NCBI GenBank assembly: GCA_028023455.1 | Contig: JAQFVV010000005.1 | Span: 19,096,001-19,160,000, forward strand | Length of the DNA stretch: 64,000 nucleotides | Source: Epiperipatus broadwayi | Lineage: Eukaryota; Animalia; Onychophora | Direction: 5' to 3' | In this document: one piece after another, positions 13,956 to 25,465 of the stretch | How the letters are laid out: each line of letters starts with the position of its first letter | How positions within the stretch are numbered: the first letter of the stretch is position 1 | Made by a program: the position numbers and the translations under genes | Notes under the pieces: generated by a model | Told to the model about the DNA's origin: nothing | What the model saw: the letters and a program-made list of their open reading frames with translations, nothing else | Database searches by the model: none

Positions 13956-15170
13956 CTTGTTTCACTTTAATATGCAACTTTACTTAAACTTTTTCTACCA
14001 TTATTAAAAATAAATATGTATTCATTAGCTTATCTCATGATAAACCAATCACCTTCAATTACTGAACAAGTAATTAATCATTTCTCAACTGCATCCAGCA
14101 TCACGACTCCCATTTTGATGGTTCTATCATAAAAGTAAATAAAGTGACCTATTGCAAAAATTCTAATTAGATCTACTAAAAAAGTATTGCCTTTACTTTT
14201 TTCAAAATTCTTTCATAATGTTTAGACGTTCATCTAGATATATCCTATACCAAAATTAACAAAACTTGTAAAAGCGTAATTATGAAACAAATTAAGTAAT
14301 TGTTAAGCTCTTAACATTACTTTTACAAGTTCCAGTAATTTAATCTTCGAATTATTGTTTGCTGCTCGTAACAGCTTTTTAAAATAACACGTTTGCAAAA
14401 TAATAATTGAAAGATGTATAAACCGAAATATAATTTGTATTACTTTAAAGGTTATTGGACAATATTGTTTGAAAGTGTAAAAAAAAAAGTTTTACAAACA
14501 ATCATCTTTTAAAATAATACAGTTTTGAAAGAAAGGAAAAAATTAGCTTTTTTTTTTTTAAAAAAAAAAAACAACCGATTGTCGTAAAAATTACACTTTT
14601 AGAGTAAATAATTAAAAAAAAAAAAATCGATTTTTAAAAAGGAATAATTTAAAAATACATCCATTTATAAAACTGTGAAATAGCATGTGACACTACGAAG
14701 TTGAAAGCATATTGAAATAGTTGTAGCTTCTTAATTAATCACACCTGTATATTATACGCCATTCATATTTTAAGTAGTATGTACATAAACTCTATCAGTG
14801 CGTAGTTTTTCCATGTGTAACATGGAGAAACAGTGCCACGTAGTGGGCTAGAATCTTGGTAGTTCCTGTTAGCAGATGACACATAAGCTAGATGTGTTTA
14901 CGGCAATCAGCGCCACCTAGGTTCTTGGTACCTGTGCTGGTAGCAGACGATGTAAGCTAAATGGGCTTATGCATTGCGACCAGCGCCACCAAGCGGGCAG
15001 CTTTGCCGCCAGCCAGCTGGTGGAATGTTCCTGTGCTTACGCATTGTGAACAGCGCCACCTATCGGCTGGAATTTGCATTGCTGCATTTGGGGCCTCTAC
15101 TCTAAGTATTTCTGTGGTTGACCCCGACCAGCGCCTCTGGTGGCCACATGGGTCAAAAGTCACAAGTACC

Positions 15171-16576
15171 TTTTTTTCTACCAGCTATCTTTGTTGCAGT
15201 TTTTAAAAGTGTATCAGTTATTTTCATATTAATTTCATTCAAATCTGAATCATGTTCAAAATCTACTAATACTTGAAACGGATTTGTAAATTCTAATTTA
15301 AATTCATCAGAATGTTTCTGAAGATTAGGAATATCAACTGTAAAAACTGGTTTTCTTAATAATTTTTGTCACTCTAGTTTTGCAGTAACATGTATCTTAC
15401 ATCTTACTAATCGATGATCACTTCCTGTGTTAAATTTATTCAGAACATTACAACTTGAAATATGTATTTTCTGCTAGTCAAAATATAATCCAATTCTGCT
15501 GTACCTTCATTGGGATGCTTCCATGTCCATTTCGTTTTAACATTTTTCTCAAAAAAAGAATTCATAATATAAAGTTTTTCTTTTTCAGCAAACTCCACTA
15601 GTCTATGACCTCTCTCATTTCTATTACCATAACCAAAATTACCTACAGCACTTTCATCTTTCATTTGTTTACCAATTCTAGCATTAAAGTCTCCCATAAC
15701 AATTTTAAAATGTTGTTTACTCTCATCAAAAGCCCTTTGTACATCCATATAAAAATCTTCTACTACTTCATCACCAATGAGCACTTGTTGGGGCATAAAC
15801 CTGAATTATCTGCATTTGGTATCTGCTATTAAGTTGTATAACTAATCTTGCCACTCTGTCTGATACACCATCAATCTCCACAATGTTGTTTTTCCATTTT
15901 TTATTTATAATGAATCCTACTCCACTTGTATTTCCAATATCTGTGCCTTTATAATAGAGTACATGTCCACTTTTTAAATCAATTGTCTTTTCACCTTTTC
16001 TTCTAACTTCACAAAGTCCAATAATGTCCCATTTAATATAAGACAGTTTTTCTTCTAATTCTTGCAATCTTCCTTCACTTGAAAGTGATCTGCAGTTGTA
16101 AGTACCTAAATAAAAAGTCGTCATCAAATGGAAGCCTGGAGCCACAATCAAGCTATTCTTAGCACCCTCCGCCTTCAGCCACCAACCGCTGCCTCGGTTG
16201 GTGACTTTACAGCCTCCTGGGAATAAGGGCCATGATTTATTTTTGTCTGTCATAATTGTATATATCTATTGGGAAAATATCATTTACACAAACATTCATT
16301 CTGCCTTATCAGGCAACTGAGAAGAAAGACCATGGTGTTTCTTGATCTTAAACCCAGAGGTAAAAAGCCAATAAACTCACCACACTGGCTAATGCGTGTT
16401 AGTGAGTAGCCCATCCATGTTCGTATACTATATAAATAATTACATAATAATAACAGCTGCAACGACAAGAACGTATGGAGTGGACATTAGGAATTTGCCC
16501 TGCTCGGTTCCTTTAAGGCCTCCAAGAGGAATCAAAGGGTCTCCTTTCAGTTAATAGCAAACTCCTTTCTGCAGCC
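15171..16576 (-). mobile_element. RTE-clade LINE, 5' part (5'UTR + AP endonuclease) of the same element as 6542-8347
   Basis: ORFs 15771-16253 (LGTYNCRSL, WDIIGLCEVRR) and 15440-15796 (VMGDFNARIG, LDYIL); decayed reading ...KIAGRK|KQQLTNK continues across to 8347; second TSD copy TACCCACTG at 16577-16585; joined length about 3.2 kb. Confidence 0.9.
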
Positions 16577-16795
16577 TACCCACTGTATTAGAATATTAAT
16601 ATGATTTTAAGTAATGCTGTGTCTTTATAATCTTTATATTTTTTTGATTTAGAATCTCTTTTATTCCTGACCTAGAGAGATATAAAAGAAAAATGGGCTG
16701 GTAACACTAAGTGCTGTAGCCAAGTGGAGATATCCAGGGAGTCATGTATAATAATGTTTTATTTTGTACTGTTTATGGTAATATTTATTTCTTTA

Positions 16796-17050
16796 TATGT
16801 TGCACACACATACATACAAAGGTGGATGGACATTCCCTGGTTCTTAAAATTAACTTTACCAGGTTATAAATTTGAACCGTTACAATATATTCTTTCATCT
16901 CTTATATAATCCTCAAATAAAATTATGTTGCACACACATACATACAAGGTGGATGGACATTCCCTGGTTTTTAAAATTAACTTTACCAGGTAATAAATTT
17001 GAACCGTTACAATATATTCTTTCATCTCTTATATAATCCTCAAATAAAAT
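16796..17050. repeat. Tandem duplication, 128-bp unit, two copies
   Basis: 16796-16923 and 16924-17050 differ by about 2 substitutions and 1 indel. Confidence 0.92.
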
Positions 17051-18061
17051 ATTTTTCGAAGTTTTTTTTTAAAGTTATTTCTTCAAACCAATCTTTAGAA
17101 GAAACACATTAGCTTTGTTTATAGGTGGTTTCTCTTAAAAAATAAATAAATAAAATAATATAATTTCTTTGAAGGCTTTCATCATAAAAAAAGTTTTAAA
17201 TAATATAATATGAATAAAAAGATAAATAACAAAAAATCAGCTTTAGGGTAAAGAACTCTCCAACAACCTCTCATAGTGAAATACTGATGAGAAGATTTGC
17301 CAATCACCAGAAAGTGAAGGTTTTAAGTGGATTTTCAATCTTATTTTTAAGCATTAGCTGAATAATATTGGATAATTAGCTGGAATGGTTATGGATCAAT
17401 TACCCAAAAAAAAAAATTGGTAAACCTGCTGTATTCAAGTTCCTCACTTTGGATTAGAACCCAGGTTATAGGCATGACAAGGAGGTGCATTATTGTTGCA
17501 TCACAAGATTCTTCATAATATAGACATGAGTTATGAATAAATATTAGATTCAATTTTCAAAAAAAATCTTAAGAGTTACCACATAGCTCAGTTATTTAAG
17601 GAATTATCTTAAAATAATTCAAATCAGTATGATACAATAAAGATGCAATTTACAAATTAACAATTTTAGGGGAATGGAAGGGGGGAGGGGTAACAAGAAA
17701 TCATAAAGTCTTCCAAATATTTATATTGACTACAGACGCAAGAAATGCAGTCTGCATTAAATGACTTTTCCACTAATATATAAATCTAAACAGACAATCA
17801 ATTATTATCAATTTCAGAAAAGATATTACATTTTCAAGTTTACACAATGTATGCTTAGCTTCAAATAAAGGCAAAAAAAAAAAAATTCTTTTGAAAACTT
17901 TTCCCAGCTTTTAAAAAAGTTACAACAGAAATCCTATTATTACAAATGCTACCACCATCATCAGATGTAACTTTTAGAGCAAAAAACCAACTTTATGCCA
18001 ATTAACATATATATATAAAAGAAACTACGTATATGAGCAAGTTCATATATAACATTCTTAC

Positions 18062-18279
18062 CTTGAGTTTTAAGTGGTTCTTTTACTTTTGATTTAAAAT
18101 CTTCTTTTCTTCCAAACATTGATTCCAAAAGTTTATCTGCATCAACAGATGGCTTAGTTGCACAGGCACCTAAGGCACGCAAGCGTTGCTGCTGCATTTG
18201 AAAATTCCAATCCTTGCGCATCTGTTCTTCCTTTTTCTTTTGTTCCTCAATTAACTTCCGCTGCTGCTTCATCATCTGA
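18062..18279 (-). CDS. SYNRG: Synergin-gamma-like coiled-coil exon (QMMKQQRKLIEEQKKKEEQMRK...QQQRLRALG...DADKLLESMFG)
   Basis: 218 bp inside ORF 17961-18323; ttacag| acceptor, G|gtaag donor; phases fit; resembles the EEERKRRQFEEQKQKLRLL region of synergin gamma (from memory). Confidence 0.8.
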
Positions 18280-19289
18280 CTGTAATAAAAAAATTTCCAA
18301 TATATACTGATTTTAAAATGCATTTATCATGTTTTTATTCTGAAAAAGTTTTGACTGTTCTACAATCAGCAGTCTGTGAATATGGAAACAAATACAAATG
18401 TAAACACATTTAATGTACTACCATTATAAATATAGTGATAGTATATTTAATTACAATAACATCTAGTTTTATTTTTAAAAAAGTGTGCAAAATTTTAAAA
18501 AAAAAGGAAGTACAAATGACTTTTTACTTCTTAATATCTCTCTAAATGAATAATGACTGTATCATGATAAATATATCAGATTATTATATATTTTTCTTTT
18601 ACTTAATATTTTTTATAATTTGTCAAATACATATTACTTTCCATCAATATCTATTGATTACTCCATGAAAAAAAGACTCTTAATATTTGTGTTCTTCATG
18701 AATATGATGTTACTGCAGGTGAGTAGTTGTGTTATTATATCATCTATTAATCATCTATAAGGACATCCTTGATTCCTCTATTCTTCAGTTTTACCAAGCA
18801 TTAACATTTTCCCCATTGAATTATCAAATGTATTGGTTGTGTATAAATCAGCCTTGACTTTGAATTTCATTCTAAATTCCATTATAAATTAAAAAATCAA
18901 ATCTTACAACATCTAGTCTAGCAACACTAATTTTTTGAAGCCATAAATTCTTTTCAATCATATCAATTTTTTTGTAAATGCTACACATTTATTATATAAT
19001 AAAAGAATTGAAAATAAGTTACAAATTTATAAATGATAAACTGGAGAAATATTAATAAAATAATTATATTAAATCAAAAAAATATCATGTTACCTTAGAC
19101 ACAACTACTATGATTATTAGGGGAATATTACAAAGCAGGAAGGGATTGATTACTGGGATATAATGAAGCTAAGTTGTTTTCAATGTCATTGGCTATCAGA
19201 ATATAGTCAAGCAACAGTAACCTTGGATTACCCATATTAGTAATATTTCAATTCTGTTTAGTTACTTATATTGTACTAATGTCATTTAT

Positions 19290-20156
19290 TTCTTTATTGC
19301 TTTTTACAATGCTTTTTACAATCGACTAATGATGGTTTTGATTGCCCCAGCAATCTTCTTCAGAACTATAACAAACACAATACAAATACATGCATACAAT
19401 TATACATGAACAGATAATTTTACATTTTATACATATATTCTATCTTATAATCACTATTTATATACTCACATATATCTTTATATACCACTCTATATAAGTA
19501 TTACCTTTTTATACATTTTAATCTTTTTTACATTCTATATTTATTAATCAATACTTCCTGTAATCGTTTATATATATTTCATTTTTATTTCATTTATTTT
19601 TCATTTTATTCTTCTTAATTTTTTTGATATTTATCTCTAACATTATATATTCATATTTTTATATTTTACATTATTATCATTCATTATATTAACATTCAAT
19701 ATGTATAATTTTCTTTAACCTATATTATACCTATTGAATGTTAATATAATGAATAATAATAATGTAAAATATAAAAATTTGAATATATAATGTTAGAGGT
19801 AAATATTTAAAAACTTAATAAAATAAAAAATAAATGAAATAAAAATAATATGTGTATATATATAGGAAGTATTGATTGATAAATATAGAATATAAAAAAG
19901 GTTAAAATGTATAATATATAAAAAGGTAATAATTATATAGATAGGTATATAAAAGTATATGTAGTTATATATACAATGGTTATAAGATAGAATAAATATA
20001 TAAAATGCAAAATTATATGTCCATATATATTTATATTCATGTATATTTATATTCATGTATTTGTATTGTGTTTGTTATAGTTCTGAAGAAGATTGTTGGA
20101 GCAATCGAAAGTGTCAATAGTGGGTTGTAAAAAGCATTATAAAAAGTAATAAAGAA
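19290..20156. repeat. Degenerate 870-bp palindrome with a hammerhead-like motif near each outer end
   Basis: 19290-19392 vs 20054-20156 inverted; inner AT-rich parts also mirror (aatacttcct/aggaagtatt; aacattcaata 19691 / tattgaatgtt 19732); spacer about 30 bp. Confidence 0.85.
20078..20120 (+). ncRNA. Minimal type I hammerhead ribozyme-like motif
   Basis: CTGAAGA(20083-89)-A-GATTGT/tgga/GCAATC-GAAA-GTG-TC; core intact, stem III and stem I imperfect. Confidence 0.55.
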
Positions 20157-20289
20157 CATAAATTATATTAATATTATAGGATTTGGAAATGCAATAAGGA
20201 AGATAAAGTTATAATACTTACTTATAATTATACATATGCGATTTTTTCGCATGCGTTAGTGAAGCTGTAATTATACTATAATGTTTAAT

Positions 20290-20830
20290 ATGCCTGTTTA
20301 GCGCTTTCGAGATTTAGTATTCTAATCTCATACTCATAACTTTACGAATGAAGACTGTTGTAATTTATTGTACACATATGCAAATGAGCTTGAATTTTTA
20401 ATTAGTTAGTCTATTGTTTGGAGAGAGCAAAGCATGCCTCTCTTCTACTAATGGCACTGAGATCATTTTCTATGTAAAAAGCTTCTTTGATCTTTCTTTT
20501 GGCATCATTCTTCTCTGTGCAAATTATTTGGGCAGAACTGGGTTCGAACACATGGCCTGTAGCTGCTTGGTGGTCCCAGAAAATTGATGTTCCTTCATTT
20601 TTATTTTTAACCCTGTTGTATGCATACATGTGTTGGTAAATTCTTGTGTTGATGTTAACCCGAGTCTCACCGTAGTAAGATGCCTGGCAGCCTAATTGAG
20701 GGCATGCTATTTTATAGACCACATGAGAGGCTTGATCTTTTTCTATTTTATCTTTGGAATTATTTATTAGTTGGTTAGTGTTAGGAGATGTTCTGAAGCT
20801 AAATTTGAAATCATTAGTCAATTAGGCAAT
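20290..20830 (-). mobile_element. Penelope-like element 3' fragment (GIY-YIG endonuclease) with decayed hammerhead motif at 20296-20340
   Basis: ORF 20411-20821 VVYKIAC...CQASYYGETR...KRKIKEAFYI; downstream GTT-aTGAGtA-T-GAGATT..AATCTC-GAAA-GCGC-TA-AAC. Confidence 0.8.
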
Positions 20831-22487
20831 AAAAGGTAAGGTCAATTAATCTTAGGTAATACTATTTATAAGTTTGTAATAATGCATACAGCAGGAATAT
20901 AGAGCATTGAGAAAGTTGTAGAAAATGATATGGTTCAGGCATTTTTCCATTTAAAATATGATTGGTTACAAAAATTATTAGTAACACTAGTTCAAAATAT
21001 TTTGTTCATATTATACGACTGACTAATAATGGCTGCATAGTTGCACTGTAAACAAATAAATTATAATAATTTCAAGAAATTAATCTATATTATTAAAATA
21101 CAAAAAAATAAAAACAATAGTGCTGTTTAATTGCTTAAACATCTGAATATTTTTTTTTTAAAATTTCTGAAGTTTTAACACACATCAAGTTCAGTCTTCA
21201 TACAGTTAATCATGACTATGTTGGGCATATTATAAAATTATTACATTCCTGATCAAGCTTTGATATTAAATCTCTGTTAACATCAATAGTCACATATATT
21301 TTACAATGCTCTTTTCACTATATTGCAGTATTCATCATATACAGAGCTATTCTTAAAAAAATGGATTGCCAATTACTTTTCTGTCAGATTCAATATACTG
21401 CTACTGTCTGAAGAGAACATTCCTGGTATTAGATTGGAGATTGTATTCATTCACTGATGAATCAATAATCTTTATATGAGAATTCAATTTAAATTTTTAA
21501 AAATGATACTGTGAATTAGACATTATATCACTAGTCAAACTTTCAATCAATATAAAATAATCATACTTTCTATATGAAATTCTTGTAATATATTGATTTA
21601 TTTCGATTGTATTTGCAAGCAATTAGTCCAAAATAAGATACTTGAAAGCCATCAGTCCAATGATGAAGATATTTAAAATCCATTTGTCCATTACCACTGA
21701 TAAGTATAATCCAATGTTCATTTATTAGTCCCTGTAATCCATTGTAGTAATGATACAATTTTTATCATTAGTGACACTTGAATTCCAGTCTACTAATTAA
21801 CAATACTGATCACTGATAAACAAATTATTAAACTGTAACATTCACAATTCATTAGTCTATAATCAGTGATACAATCAATTAACCTATTACATAAAATACT
21901 TGCTATTCAGCAATATGACATCTAAAAAAAATCCATCAGTTTATCATCTCCAACCCTCATGATCTATTAATCTTAACTCTTGAAATCTATTTTCTATTGC
22001 CAGAAACATCATTGAACAACATTTCAAGAACAACAACTATTAGTCAACAGTTGATCAATGATACAATCTATCAGCTCGTTTATGTCTTGGGGGGAGGGGC
22101 ATGAGCCTTTCGAGCATGAGAAGTGATAAAGTGATCTTTAATTTAGGAAAATTTTATTGAATCTATCACTCTGTGATGCTAAACCATACACTGCATCACT
22201 CAATCTGTGGTGATGCTGTAATCACTGAAAATTTTATTAAAGCAAAAAATCCTATCTGATAATCCACAAACTAATTTCATTGCTAATACAAATCTCTATT
22301 GGTAATCCTTTACTACCATATGTGTGTGTGTGATGTATAAAATTTATTTGAAATCCAAGAAAAAAAATAATAATAAAAACTGCACACATAAAATAAACAT
22401 CAACTATGAAAAATAAGAATGAATCAATTCACTCCAACTGAATATAAATAATATAAAGTGTGAAAAAATATACAATAAAAAATTTAC

Positions 22488-22579
22488 TTTTGTTGAACCT
22501 GTAAACTTTTTTGCATTTCAGGTGTAAGATAAGAAGGAACCATACCAGCTCCAGACTGATACATCACAGGATAGCCACC
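22488..22579 (-). CDS. SYNRG: Synergin-gamma-like exon (GGYPVMYQSGAGMVPSYLTPEMQKSLQVQQ)
   Basis: 92 bp; ttattag| and |gtaaat sites; YLTPEMQK resembles vertebrate YTPDMQKQ (from memory). Confidence 0.75.
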
Positions 22580-22931
22580 CTAATAAATACAAAAACAGAT
22601 CGTTAAAATTAATTGCATTAACAAAGGTAAAAATTAACAAGCAATTATTAGCATAATTAACAAGGAAAATTAGTACATAACAACACAAATATTAATCCAA
22701 CTTCACATATATGTAATGTAAAATGATTTCTCCTTAAACAAATTCTGAAGTGTCTGTGCATGGACTATATATATCCAGAAAATCCTGTTGGCCAAATTAA
22801 ACATTCTTTCTTCAAATCCCTTATATACTACAATAAACTCATCTATTTCTTACTTTTTATTACCCAATTATTTTTCTAGCCATGATTCTTTTTTCCTTCT
22901 TCCTAACTCATTTTAATAAAATTTTACAGAA

Positions 22932-23230
22932 TAGTTCAATTGGTTAGAGTGTTGCCTTAAAAATTCAATATTCAAAAATCTATAGGTGTAAGGTTGACTT
23001 CTACACTAATGTTACCATGGTCGGCCAGTAACACCTGAAGAAGAGTGGAAAATAATACTACTCAAAACGTTGTTTAATTACTAACCTGTGATGTCTATTT
23101 ATATGTTATTACTAACAAGTTGTTTGTATTTGAAAAGTTTAAATAAAATTTAAAATTTTCTATACATTCAACATTTAAAGAAAGATGATGGAAATAGTCC
23201 AACATATTATCACATCAATGTTCCATTGAA
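22932..23230 (+). mobile_element. Solo PLE pseudo-LTR remnant (tRNA-like A box + hammerhead with G12A)
   Basis: Homologous to 34890-35224; CTGAAGA 23035-41, stem II GAGTGG/CTACTC, AAAA in place of GAAA. Confidence 0.7.
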
Positions 23231-23934
23231 TATTTCACATATCATTCTCTTATCATTTCTTCTAAAACCTTCTATTCTACACAATTCAACAGCAAGTCTA
23301 GTAAAGAAATAAATGTCTCATAATTGACTTAATATAAGTATGTCACTTATTAAAAAATCAGAAGCATATAAAAAGTGAGAACAAATGTACATGGAAAGGG
23401 GTACTAGTAAAATAAAAATGGTACTTCTATTTGGATTTGCTGTTATGCAATTTATCAGATCTCAAAAAAAAAATGCTTTTCAATCCTGAGTTCAATAATA
23501 ACACATTTTATTTAATACAATTTGAATTCTTATAATACAATAATAATAAATTTAAATACAAAGTTTTCCAGAATTTTTCATTAAAATATATGATGCTAAT
23601 TATACTTTTAAATAGATATAAAATGTTGGTTATGTACAATATTTTTTTTTTTTTTTTTGCAATTTTCAGAGAAATGTAAGTACATCACTATCAAAAATGG
23701 TCAGAGAAAATAACAACACTGAGATAAATTGTAAAAAAAAATATCTGTATGCTATTATTTGATTCAGAACAAATAAAATATTTAGAAAGTGATTTTTTTA
23801 TAAATATTATGCTGATAAAGATCTGAATCAAATTTCAAAATAAGATAGTGGAATGTAGGATTTTTAAGATTTAATTTGCTATCGTTAATATAAACTGAGC
23901 ACTGATTACATATATGTGTGGGAGATGACCTAGA

Positions 23935-23976
23935 CCAACTGATGAGTGCTGGTTCAGCGTGAAATACATATATTAG
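23935..23976 (+). ncRNA. CpG-decayed minimal hammerhead motif
   Basis: CCAA-CTGATGA-GTGCT/ggttc/AGCGT-GAAA-TACATA-TA-TTAG; reverting CpG transitions gives stem II GCGCT/AGCGC and palindromic stem III ATACGTAT. Confidence 0.5.
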
Positions 23977-25316
23977 AGATCATTTATCTTTTTCACAGGT
24001 GTGTGGTCATGTGTATCAGTTGTATGAGATAGTTGAAGCAAACTTGAAAGTCTGTGTTCAAATCACCTATAAGTTTAATATAATAAACTTATGAATAAAT
24101 AGACAAGCAGACAAATGCCAATAAAGCTGATTGATTAGGAGGCAATATAATTACATTATGCTGATTTGAATTTATTTAGAATCTATTTTATTAATGGGCT
24201 TACAGAATTCCACAATTTGTCATGTTTGGGAGCCAATTAGTTACTAAAATTGTTTGGCAACAAAGGAATAGAGAAACATCATACCTTGGGCAAAAAATTA
24301 TTATGGCTTTTGCTATTCCTATAATAATGTGTAAGATTTTTATAAAAATTATAAATTTATCACAACTATTTCATTGGAAATTACTAATCTAAAATATTTG
24401 AACTTTACAATTACTTTCAAATACAGATGTCTGCAAAGTTACTTTACAAATTAAAAAAGTTTATACTATGAATTCTCTGTGACTTACATAAAACATTTTG
24501 TTTGTCATAAATCTATAATTTAATAAGTTTATTAGAATACCAGCTTTATTAATATATAAATGACAATATATCAACAAAAAAAAAGATAAACAAATAAATG
24601 AAAGATCACTGAGTCATATGGGTAATTGAAAGGAAATTAGCTATCAAATATTATGAAATTTTAGCACAAATTATGAGGATGCTTTTTTTAACTTTTGTCA
24701 ATCTGTAAATAGAACTGTGGAGCAAATTTGCAAGATGTTTTAAAACTCATCTAAAACTGATAACAAAAGCATGTAGCAATTGCAACTATCATATCAGTCA
24801 ACTTCTAACTAAATATCTAAATGTGATATCTTTTTTCTCAAGTATGAGAAAGACTTAATATATCACATATTAAAAAGATAATAAATCACACTTCTATTTA
24901 AATATCTAGATGTAATATCTTTTTTCTCAAGTATCATATACTGGTAAGTGAAGATGCTTTATTAGTAAAGGAATGAAATCATCATGCTATAATACCTGCA
25001 TCTTAAAAAAAAAACAGACATTAAAAATTTTTTAAACAGGCATTAAAAATTCTTCAAAATAGTTAATCATGTAGCAGAAGGCCATTTTCATAGAACTTGG
25101 CAAAGAAATTCATTAAATCAAAAAGGACCAATATAGACAATCTATACAGCATAAGATTCTAATCTTAAATAAATGAAAGATTAGATGAAGAGATTTACTA
25201 AAGTAATAATAGCAAAGAAATATTTATAATAATTTGAAGAATCCTAATAGAAATTTAATAGCAAATATGAACCGAATAATAACAATTATTCATTTAAAAA
25301 AAAAACTTCCGTTTAC

Positions 25317-25465
25317 CGGTGGCAAAGCAGAACCTGTGTGTTGGAGTGGAAACCGCTGGCCTACCATTTGCTGCATTTGCATGGGATACTGTGGCATCAT
25401 TGTGTAAGGCATCTGATTGGTGGGCAAAAACTGTTGGGTTCCAGGTATCATTGTAAAACCTCCTC
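25317..25465 (-). CDS. SYNRG: Synergin-gamma-like exon (GGGFTMIPGTQQFLPTNQMPYTMMPQYPMQMQQMVGQRFPLQHTGSALPP)
   Basis: 149 bp; tatgtag| acceptor, CCG|gtaaac donor; M/Q/P/G-rich like the synergin gamma N-terminus as I recall it. Confidence 0.75.

Larger units (their letters stand above)
8348..15170. mobile_element. 6.8-kb non-autonomous foldback element with about 3.2-kb inverted arms, Merlin-like termini
   Basis: Arms 8348-11567 and 11950-15170, spacer 382 bp; ends GGTACTTGTGAC...GTCACAAGTACC; 8-bp TSD CTTTTTTC (8340-8347) / TTTTTTTC (15171-15178); interrupts the RTE ORF. Confidence 0.8.

Noticed and set aside
8348-15170. Twin-priming RTE inversion or assembly artefact as cause of the palindrome
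   Set aside because: Arms include more than 1.5 kb of non-RTE DNA, differ by scattered substitutions and indels, and the unit is bounded by a TSD inside another RTE
16796-17050. Repeat-spacer or CRISPR-like organisation
   Set aside because: Simple two-copy tandem duplication with no spacers, in a eukaryotic context
17284-17320. CTGATGA...GATT-tgcc-AATC...GAAA hammerhead-like string
   Set aside because: Stem II has two mismatches, no U16.1-H17 site and no stem I
19793-20056. 87-aa I/Y/F-rich ORF (similar ones at 29602-29829, 30200-30430, 54926-55174)
   Set aside because: Compositional artefacts of AT-rich DNA; no motifs or splice support
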